From a virus (lineage: Duplodnaviria; Heunggongvirae; Uroviricota; Caudoviricetes), in the IMG/VR virus record IMGVR_UViG_2663762948_000007, positions 1 through 32,728 of that record: 32,728 nt of DNA. One strand, 5' to 3'. The stretch's first letter is position 1, and each line of letters begins with the position of its first letter. Positions 26,549 to 32,728 of this stretch are shown here, in pieces. A model generated the notes under the pieces. The model saw only the letters and a program-made list of their open reading frames with translations. It did no database searches and was not told the DNA's origin. Both the position numbers and the translations under genes were made by a program.

Positions 26549-26576
26549 GTGTATTCATTCCAACGAGTGAATACAC
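26549..26576. repeat. Perfect 9-bp inverted repeat with 10-bp spacer
   Basis: GTGTATTCA-ttccaacgag-TGAATACAC. Confidence 0.7.
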
Positions 26577-26638
26577 GGAGCAATGTCGCTCGTAACTAAA
26601 CAGGAGCCGACTTGTTCTGATTGTTGGAAATCTTCTTT

Positions 26639-26666
26639 GCCCTCCAATGTGAGGGCGATTTTTTAT
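26639..26666 (+). terminator. Second intrinsic terminator before the 122-aa gene
   Basis: GCCCTC-CAATGT-GAGGGC followed by GATTTTTTAT. Confidence 0.6.
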
Positions 26667-26684
26667 CTATGAGGATATGAATAG

Positions 26685-27053
26685 ATGTCAAACATCAAAA
26701 AATACATCATTGATTACGACTGGAAAGCGTCAATAGAAATTGAAATCGACCATAACGTAATGACAGAGGAAAAACTTCACCAGATTAATAATTTCTGGTC
26801 AGACTCTGAATACCGACTCAATAAACACGGCTCTGTATTAAATGCTGTATTAATCATGCTGGCGCAACATGCTCTGCTTATAGCAATTTCAAGCGACTTA
26901 AATGCATATGGTGTTGTGTGTGAGTTCGACTGGAATGATGGAAATGGTCAGGAAGGATGGCCTCCAATGGATGGTAGCGAAGGAATAAGAATTACCGATA
27001 TCGATACATCAGGAATATTTGATTCAGATGATATGACTATCAAAGCCGCCTGA
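26685..27053 (+). CDS. Hypothetical acidic 122-aa protein
   Basis: ATG with SD GAGGA; Asp/Glu-rich; no lambda counterpart recognised. Confidence 0.65.
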   Translation: MSNIKKYIIDYDWKASIEIEIDHNVMTEEKLHQINNFWSDSEYRLNKHGSVLNAVLIMLAQHALLIAISSDLNAYGVVCEFDWNDGNGQEGWPPMDGSEGIRITDIDTSGIFDSDDMTIKAA

Positions 27054-27125
27054 GCGCGGCGTTACCGCATACCAATAACGCTTCACTCGAGGCGTTTTTC
27101 GTTATGTATAAATAAGGAGCACACC

Positions 27126-27290
27126 ATGCAATATGCCATTGCAGGGTGGCCTGTTGCTGGCTGCCCTTCCGAATCTTTACTTGAACGAATCACCCGTAAA
27201 TTACGTGACGGATGGAAACGCCTTATCGACATACTTAATCAGCCAGGAGTCCCAAAAAATGGATCAAACACTTATGGCTATCCAGACTAA
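27126..27290 (+). CDS. cIII: cIII (FtsH inhibitor)
   Basis: 54 aa MQYAIAGWPVAGCPSESLLERITRKLRDGWKRLIDILNQ..., matches lambda cIII; SD AAGGAG; below ORF-track threshold. Confidence 0.9.
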   Translation: MQYAIAGWPVAGCPSESLLERITRKLRDGWKRLIDILNQPGVPKNGSNTYGYPD

Positions 27291-27402
27291 ATTCACTATC
27301 GCCACTTTTATTGGCGATGAAAAGATGTTTCGTGAGGCCGTCGACGCTTATAAAAAATGGATATTAATACTGAAACTGAGATCAAGCAGAAGCATTCACT
27401 AA
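27259..27402 (+). CDS. kil: Kil (host division inhibitor)
   Basis: 47 aa [24 protein letters not shown]..., matches lambda Kil; start overlaps cIII 3' end. Confidence 0.85.
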   Translation: MDQTLMAIQTKFTIATFIGDEKMFREAVDAYKKWILILKLRSSRSIH

Positions 27403-27773
27403 CCCCCTTTCCTGTTTTCCTAATCAGCCCGGCATTTCGCGGGCGATATTTTCACAGCTATTTCAGGAGTTCAGCCATGAACGCTTATTACATTCAGGAT
27501 CGTCTTGAGGCTCAGAGCTGGACGCGTCACTACCAGCAGATCGCCCGTGAAGAGAAAGAGGCAGAACTGGCAGACGACATGGAAAAAGGTCTGCCCCAGC
27601 ACCTGTTTGAATCACTCTGCATCGATCATTTACAACGCCACGGGGCCAGCAAAAAAGCCATTACCCGTGCGTTTGATGACGATGTTGAGTTTCAGGAGCG
27701 CATGGCAGAACACATCCGGTACATGGTTGAAACCATTGCTCACCACCAGGTTGATATTGATTCAGAGGTATAA
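27357..27773 (+). CDS. gam: Gam (RecBCD inhibitor), with internal GamS start
   Basis: 138 aa matching lambda Gam; internal [10 protein letters not shown] start. Confidence 0.95.
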   Translation: MDINTETEIKQKHSLTPFPVFLISPAFRGRYFHSYFRSSAMNAYYIQDRLEAQSWTRHYQQIAREEKEAELADDMEKGLPQHLFESLCIDHLQRHGASKKAITRAFDDDVEFQERMAEHIRYMVETIAHHQVDIDSEV

Positions 27774-27778
27774 AACGG

Positions 27779-28564
27779 ATGAGTACAGCACTCGCAACGC
27801 TGGCTGGGAAGCTGGCTGAACGTGTCGGCATGGATTCTGTCGACCCACAGGAACTGATCACCACTCTTCGCCAGACGGCATTTAAAGGTGATGCCAGCGA
27901 TGCGCAGTTCATCGCATTACTGATCGTTGCCAACCAGTACGGCCTTAATCCATGGACGAAAGAAATTTACGCCTTTCCTGATAAGCAGAATGGCATCGTT
28001 CCGGTGGTGGGCGTTGATGGCTGGTCCCGCATCATCAATGAAAACCAGCAGTTTGATGGTATGGACTTTGAGCAGGACAATGAATCCTGCACATGCCGGA
28101 TTTACCGCAAGGACCGCAATCATCCGATCTGCGTTACCGAGTGGATGGATGAATGCCGCCGCGAACCATTCAAAACCCGCGAAGGCAGAGAAATCACCGG
28201 ACCGTGGCAGTCGCATCCCAAACGGATGTTACGTCATAAAGCCATGATTCAGTGTGCCCGTCTGGCCTTCGGATTTGCTGGTATCTATGACAAGGATGAA
28301 GCCGAGCGCATTGTCGAAAATACCGCATACACTGCAGAACGTCAGCCGGAACGCGACATCACTCCGGTTAACGATGAAACCATGCAGGAGATTAACACTC
28401 TGCTGATCGCCCTGGATAAAACATGGGATGACGACTTATTGCCGCTCTGTTCCCAGATATTTCGCCGCGACATTCGCGCATCGTCAGAACTGACACAGGC
28501 CGAAGCAGTGAAAGCTCTTGGATTCCTGAAACAGAAAGCCACTGAGCAGAAGGTGGCAGCATGA
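27779..28564 (+). CDS. bet: Bet (Red-beta single-strand annealing protein)
   Basis: 261 aa matching lambda Bet. Confidence 0.95.
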   Translation: MSTALATLAGKLAERVGMDSVDPQELITTLRQTAFKGDASDAQFIALLIVANQYGLNPWTKEIYAFPDKQNGIVPVVGVDGWSRIINENQQFDGMDFEQDNESCTCRIYRKDRNHPICVTEWMDECRREPFKTREGREITGPWQSHPKRMLRHKAMIQCARLAFGFAGIYDKDEAERIVENTAYTAERQPERDITPVNDETMQEINTLLIALDKTWDDDLLPLCSQIFRRDIRASSELTQAEAVKALGFLKQKATEQKVAA

Positions 28565-29241
28565 CACCGGACATTATCCTGCAGCGTACCGGGATCGACG
28601 TGAGAGCTGTCGAACAGGGGGATGATGCATGGCACAAATTACGGCTCGGCGTCATCACCGCTTCAGAAGTTCACAACGTGATAGCAAAGCCCCGCTCAGG
28701 AAAGAAGTGGCCTGACATGAAAATGTCCTACTTCCACACCCTGCTGGCTGAGGTTTGCACCGGTGTGGCTCCGGAAGTTAATGCTAAGGCGCTGGCCTGG
28801 GGAAAACAGTACGAGAACGACGCCAGAGCCCTGTTTGAGTTTACTTCCGGCGTGAATGTTACTGAATCCCCGATCATCTATCGCGACGAAAGTATGCGCA
28901 CCGCCTGCTCTCCCGATGGTTTATGCAGTGACGGCAACGGCCTTGAACTGAAATGCCCGTTTACCTCCCGGGATTTCATGAAATTCCGGCTCGGTGGTTT
29001 CGAGGCCATAAAGTCGGCTTACATGGCCCAGGTGCAGTACAGCATGTGGGTGACGCGAAAAGATGCCTGGTACTTTGCCAACTATGACCCACGAATGAAG
29101 CGTGAAGGCCTGCATTATGTCGTGGTTGAGCGGGATGAAAATTACATGGCGAGTTTTGACGAGATGGTGCCGGAGTTCATCGAAAAAATGGACGAGGCAC
29201 TGGCTGAAATTGGTTTTGTATTTGGGGAGCAATGGCGATGA
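28561..29241 (+). CDS. exo: Exo (Red-alpha 5'-3' exonuclease)
   Basis: 226 aa matching lambda Exo. Confidence 0.95.
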   Translation: MTPDIILQRTGIDVRAVEQGDDAWHKLRLGVITASEVHNVIAKPRSGKKWPDMKMSYFHTLLAEVCTGVAPEVNAKALAWGKQYENDARALFEFTSGVNVTESPIIYRDESMRTACSPDGLCSDGNGLELKCPFTSRDFMKFRLGGFEAIKSAYMAQVQYSMWVTRKDAWYFANYDPRMKREGLHYVVVERDENYMASFDEMVPEFIEKMDEALAEIGFVFGEQWR

Positions 29242-29420
29242 CGCATCCTCACGATAATATCCGGGTAGGCGCGATCACTTTCGTCTACTCCATTACAAAG
29301 CGAGGCTGGGTATTTCCCGGCCTTTCTGTTATCCGAAATCCCCTGAAAGCACAGCGGCTGGCTGAGGAGATAAATAATAAACGGGGAGCTGTATGCACAA
29401 AGCATCTCCCGTTGAGTTAA
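29238..29420 (+). CDS. Small conserved lambdoid protein (lambda orf60a-like)
   Basis: Starts [18 protein letters not shown]; ATGA overlap with exo stop. Confidence 0.6.
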   Translation: MTHPHDNIRVGAITFVYSITKRGWVFPGLSVIRNPLKAQRLAEEINNKRGAVCTKHLPLS

Positions 29421-29584
29421 GAACGAGTATCGAGATGGCACATAGCCTCGCTCAAATTGGAGTCAGGTTTGTGCCAATACCAGTAGAAACAGACGAAGAA
29501 TTTCATACGTTAGCCGCATCCCTTTCACAAAAGCTGGAAATGATGGTGGCGAAAGCAGAAGCAGATGAGAGAGACCAGGTATGA
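29393..29584 (+). CDS. Small conserved lambdoid protein (lambda orf63-like)
   Basis: 63 aa, SD GGGGAG. Confidence 0.6.
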   Translation: MHKASPVELRTSIEMAHSLAQIGVRFVPIPVETDEEFHTLAASLSQKLEMMVAKAEADERDQV

Positions 29585-29664
29585 CAACCACGGAATGCAT
29601 TTTTCTGGCAGCGGGCTTCATATTCTGTGTGCTTATGCTTGCCGACATGGGACTTGTTCAATGA
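29581..29664 (+). CDS. Possible 27-aa hydrophobic peptide (MTTTECIFLAAGFIFCVLMLADMGLVQ)
   Basis: ATG overlaps orf63 stop and its TGA overlaps the next ATG; single predicted TM helix. Confidence 0.3.
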   Translation: MTTTECIFLAAGFIFCVLMLADMGLVQ

Positions 29665-29876
29665 CACCTCAGCAGGAAAACGCCCTTCGCAGCATTGCCC
29701 GTCAGGCTAATTCTGAAATCAAAAAAGCCAGACAGCAGTTTCCGGATAAAAACGTCGATGACATTTGCCGTAGCGTACTGAAGAAGCACCGCGAAACGGT
29801 AACGCTGATGGGATTCACACCGACTCATTTAAGCCTGGCAATCGGCATGTTAAACGGCGTCTTTAAGGAACGATGA
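29661..29876 (+). CDS. Small conserved lambdoid protein (lambda orf61-like)
   Basis: 71 aa from MTPQQENALRSIARQ (ORF track shows longer 29565 start). Confidence 0.6.
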   Translation: MTPQQENALRSIARQANSEIKKARQQFPDKNVDDICRSVLKKHRETVTLMGFTPTHLSLAIGMLNGVFKER

Positions 29877-29902
29877 ACATGAAAAGCAAAATCATCAGGG
29901 AG

Positions 29903-29930
29903 CTACAGGCTCCTTTTTTATTATTCGCAT
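29903..29930 (+). terminator. Intrinsic terminator-like hairpin between orf61-like and TraR-like genes
   Basis: GGAGC-TACAG-GCTCC followed by TTTTTTATT. Confidence 0.5.
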
Positions 29931-29974
29931 TCACCCTCAAGCGTATTAACCAACAATTCAGGGATTAATGGAAG

Positions 29975-30196
29975 ATGGCAGACATCATTGATTCAGCATC
30001 AGAAATTGAAGAATTACAGCGCAACACAGCAATAAAAATGCGCCGCCTGAACCACCAGGCTATATCTGCCACTCATTGTTGTGAGTGTGGCGATCCGATA
30101 GATGAACGAAGACGCCTGGTCGTTCAGGGTTGTCGGACTTGTGCAAGTTGCCAGGAGGATCTGGAGCTTATCAGTAAACAGAGAGGTTCGAAGTGA
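29975..30196 (+). CDS. DksA/TraR-family C4 zinc-finger protein
   Basis: 73 aa; CxxC...CxxC pairs (CCECGDPI ... CRTCASC). Confidence 0.75.
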   Translation: MADIIDSASEIEELQRNTAIKMRRLNHQAISATHCCECGDPIDERRRLVVQGCRTCASCQEDLELISKQRGSK

Positions 30197-30338
30197 GCGA
30201 AATTAACTAGAAGCCAAAGATAAAATCATCGCTGAGCAGGAGAAAATCGCTAACGGAGAAAAGACAGTAAGTCAGTATATGAAAACCGCATGATATCATC
30301 AGATAAAAATCGGTCGTAAAGCGAAATATTAATACCAG

Positions 30339-30362
30339 AACAAACGAGTCGAGGTAAATTAT
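30339..30362 (-). terminator. 8-bp stem hairpin between convergent genes, probable terminator for the membrane-protein gene
   Basis: TCGAGGTA-aattatat-TACCTCGA; U-rich on minus-strand 3' side. Confidence 0.4.
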
Positions 30363-30406
30363 ATTACCTCGATAAATTAACTAAAACTTGCCCGCTATAT
30401 ACTATA

Positions 30407-31009
30407 TCATTCAGTATCATCACGCGCGGTCTGTGCATATGTCACTACCGCACCTAATATATTAATTTTCTTTTCAACATAGATAATATTATCGTACTCA
30501 TAATTGCCATACGGATAGCAAATGCGAATATTCTCATGTAGATCGGGGTCATCCACCTCAGCTCCAGAACAACTTTTTGAACTACCGGAAGTATACCGAT
30601 ACGGTGCAACATAAGACGATGTCTCTCCAGGCAAAAAATAAGTTAGTGTCGTAAGGGGTATAATCAGAAAAAATCCAGCAAATATGCACATCCCTGCATA
30701 AACCTTAAGGTATGCTGACAGACTCTTCCAGCCTCTTTGTTTTACTATCCCCTTCTTAACCCAAAACAGAGATAACAGAAAAGCTATTCCCATGCTAAAC
30801 AGAATGTAATAGTGGGATATACTCTGATTAAGAAACGTGACCCTGTAGATATCTGCCCGCCACCAGAAGAAAAGGAAAATAAAGATCAGCCCTGAAACTG
30901 TCATGCAAATCAAATAAGGATACGAATCTTTTTTCATGTTTAGCGCCCATAAAATTTTTCCTGACCCGGACAAATTTACCATCCATTTTTTGCGCAGAAA
31001 ATAGCTCAT
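30407..31009 (-). CDS. Polytopic membrane protein (about 4 TM helices + Tyr-rich C-terminal domain) in AT-rich island
   Basis: 200-aa ORF opposite to flanking genes; hydrophobic segments; region visibly AT-rich vs neighbours; start codon uncertain (31009, 30982 or 30937), no strong SD. Confidence 0.6.
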   Translation of the reverse strand: MSYFLRKKWMVNLSGSGKILWALNMKKDSYPYLICMTVSGLIFIFLFFWWRADIYRVTFLNQSISHYYILFSMGIAFLLSLFWVKKGIVKQRGWKSLSAYLKVYAGMCIFAGFFLIIPLTTLTYFLPGETSSYVAPYRYTSGSSKSCSGAEVDDPDLHENIRICYPYGNYEYDNIIYVEKKINILGAVVTYAQTARDDTE

Positions 31010-31251
31010 TACTTACTGCACAATAATACACAAAATTGCGTAAATTTTTTGCATGGATTTTAGCTCTTTCAGCCGAAATTTAAGGGGTAAATAGCATTTC
31101 CTAAAAGCAACTGCACCAACCCAACAGAATGGGCTACCGCTTACGTTGAGAGCAAAAAAGTGTATAGCAGCAATGAACAGCATCCTCGCACTGACGAGGA
31201 TTTCTTTTATCTGAACTCGCTACGGCGGGTTTTGTTTTATGGAGATGATAA

Positions 31252-31419
31252 ATGCACTTCCGAGTCACAGGTGAATGGAATGGAGAACCATTCAACAGAG
31301 TTATCGAAGCCGAGAACATCAGCGACTGCTATGACCACTGGATGCTGTGGGCGCAGATAGCACATGCAGACGTAACCAATATTCGAATTGAAGAACTGAA
31401 AGAACACCAAGCCGCCTGA
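31252..31419 (+). CDS. Small 55-aa protein upstream of xis
   Basis: SD GGAGA 6 nt before ATG; stop lies in the loop of a strong terminator. Confidence 0.5.
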   Translation: MHFRVTGEWNGEPFNRVIEAENISDCYDHWMLWAQIAHADVTNIRIEELKEHQAA

Positions 31420-31434
31420 TGGCGGTTTTTTCTT
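31409..31434 (+). terminator. Intrinsic terminator upstream of xis
   Basis: GCCGCC-TGAT-GGCGG followed by TTTTTTCTT. Confidence 0.7.
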
Positions 31435-31470
31435 GCGTGTAATTGCGGAGACTTTGCGATGTACTTGACA
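31433..31470 (+). promoter_or_regulatory. cII-dependent promoter pI
   Basis: TTGCGTGTAATTGC (TTGC-N6-TTGC) at 31433-31446, overlapping xis start as in lambda. Confidence 0.65.
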
Positions 31471-31677
31471 CTTCAGGAGTGGAACGCACGCCAGCGACGC
31501 CCAAGAAGCCTTGAAACAGTTCGTCGATGGGTACGCGAGTGCAGGATATTCCCTCCTCCGGTTAAGGATGGAAGAGAGTATCTGTTCCACGAATCAGCGG
31601 TAAAGGTTGACTTAAATCGACCAGTAACAGGTAGCCTTTTGAAGAGGATCAGAAATGGGAAGAAGGCGAAGTCATGA
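31459..31677 (+). CDS. xis: Excisionase Xis
   Basis: 72 aa MYLTLQEWNARQRRPRSLETVRRWVRE..., matches lambda Xis. Confidence 0.95.
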   Translation: MYLTLQEWNARQRRPRSLETVRRWVRECRIFPPPVKDGREYLFHESAVKVDLNRPVTGSLLKRIRNGKKAKS

Positions 31678-32728
31678 GCGCCGGGATTTACCCCCTAACC
31701 TTTATATAAGAAACAATGGATATTACTGCTACAGGGACCCAAGGACGGGTAAAGAGTTTGGATTAGGCCGAGACAGGCGAATCGCAATCACTGAAGCTAT
31801 ACAGGCCAACATTGAGTTGCTATCCGGGAACAGGCGTGAGTCACTGATAGACAGAATTAAAGGCGCTGACGCAATCACTCTTCATGCGTGGCTTGACCGA
31901 TATGAAACAATCCTCAGCGAGAGGGGTATCAGGCCGAAAACTCTACTCGACTACGCCAGCAAAATCAGAGCAATCCGAAGAAAATTGCCGGACAAACCGC
32001 TCGCTGACATATCAACGAAAGAGGTGGCAGCAATGCTAAACACCTACGTAGCAGAAGGCAAATCGGCTTCCGCAAAATTAATCAGGTCAACCCTTGTTGA
32101 CGTTTTTCGTGAGGCAATAGCCGAGGGGCATGTGGCTACGAATCCGGTAACAGCAACCCGCACAGCAAAATCAGAAGTAAGGCGTTCAAGACTGACAGCT
32201 AATGAATATGTCGCGATATACCATGCAGCCGAACCGCTCCCAATCTGGCTGAGACTGGCAATGGATTTGGCTGTCGTTACAGGGCAGAGAGTAGGCGATT
32301 TGTGCAGAATGAAATGGTCAGACATAAACGACAACCATCTTCACATTGAACAGAGTAAAACAGGGGCTAAACTCGCCATTCCACTAACGCTAACGATTGA
32401 CGCGCTCAATATCTCATTGGCTGATACACTACAGCAATGCAGGGAGGCCAGCAGCAGTGAAACTATAATCGCATCAAAGCATCACGATCCGCTTTCCCCG
32501 AAAACAGTATCAAAGTATTTTACAAAGGCGAGAAATGCATCTGGACTCTCATTTGATGGAAACCCGCCAACATTCCATGAACTGCGTAGCCTGTCAGCGA
32601 GGCTATACCGGAACCAGATTGGCGATAAGTTTGCTCAACGTCTTCTCGGGCATAAATCAGATTCAATGGCGGCGCGGTATAGGGACAGCCGTGGACGGGA
32701 ATGGGACAAAATTGAAATCGACAAATGA
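31655..32728 (+). CDS. int: Tyrosine integrase, lambda Int family
   Basis: 357 aa; N-terminus matches lambda Int, middle diverged; catalytic R...HELR...Y pattern (FHELRSLSARLY, RY near C-terminus); overlaps xis 3' end. Confidence 0.95.
   Translation: MGRRRSHERRDLPPNLYIRNNGYYCYRDPRTGKEFGLGRDRRIAITEAIQANIELLSGNRRESLIDRIKGADAITLHAWLDRYETILSERGIRPKTLLDYASKIRAIRRKLPDKPLADISTKEVAAMLNTYVAEGKSASAKLIRSTLVDVFREAIAEGHVATNPVTATRTAKSEVRRSRLTANEYVAIYHAAEPLPIWLRLAMDLAVVTGQRVGDLCRMKWSDINDNHLHIEQSKTGAKLAIPLTLTIDALNISLADTLQQCREASSSETIIASKHHDPLSPKTVSKYFTKARNASGLSFDGNPPTFHELRSLSARLYRNQIGDKFAQRLLGHKSDSMAARYRDSRGREWDKIEIDK

Larger units (their letters stand above)
1..32728 (-). mobile_element. Lambdoid temperate prophage (lambda-type early, lysis and tail genes; HK97-type head module), tail gene I through integrase; ends not in window
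   Basis: Contiguous syntenic gene order of a lambdoid phage on both strands; int stop codon is the last 3 bases of the window. Confidence 0.95.

Noticed and set aside
29879-29968. 29-codon ORF starting at an ATG overlapping the orf61-like stop
   Set aside because: Its body is largely the hairpin+T-tract of a terminator (29903-29930), so the frame is more likely a by-product of the structure.
31160-31360. 66-aa plus-strand ORF overlapping the 55-aa gene upstream of xis
   Set aside because: Different frame from the ORF that has a proper SD (GGAGA) and ends in the terminator loop; this one has no SD and reads through the other's start.
1-32728. CRISPR arrays, rRNA genes, insertion sequences or transposase genes
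   Set aside because: No regularly spaced direct repeats, no rRNA-like segments and no transposase-like ORFs were seen; the only repeats are ori iterons, operators and terminator hairpins.

Overview
The whole 32.7 kb window is one lambdoid prophage of an enterobacterial (E. coli-like) host, lying reversed relative to the window; both ends run off the window. Late genes are on the minus strand: tail genes I, K, L, M, H, G/G-T and a major tail protein; a non-lambda head module (HK97-fold major capsid protein, ClpP-type protease, portal, large and P27-type small terminase, HNH endonuclease next to a putative cos site); then a lambda-type lysis cassette (S, R, Rz/Rz1), Q, the nin region, ren, P, O, cII and cro. 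On the plus strand are cI, N, cIII, kil, gam, bet, exo, small orfs, xis and int. Many proteins match lambda essentially residue-for-residue from memory (S, R, Q, P, O, ren, cII, N, Xis, Kil, cIII), and the lambda regulatory sites are recognisable (nutL, nutR, ori iterons, OOP RNA, pR', tR2, cII-dependent TTGC-N6-TTGC promoters). The immunity region is heteroimmune: cI has a lambda C-terminal domain but a different DNA-binding domain, with a different Cro and operators. Accessory cargo sits in the usual moron slots and is the most interesting material: a two-gene cassette of unknown function between N and cIII; an AT-rich island with an opposite-strand membrane protein between the TraR-like gene and xis; a DUF2829 (Tad2-like) protein after Rz; a Dam-type methyltransferase and Rha antirepressor in the nin region; and an outer-membrane lipoprotein inserted between tail genes K and I. 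No rRNA, tRNA or CRISPR array was found. All calls are from reading the sequence and recalled family signatures; no database search was run.
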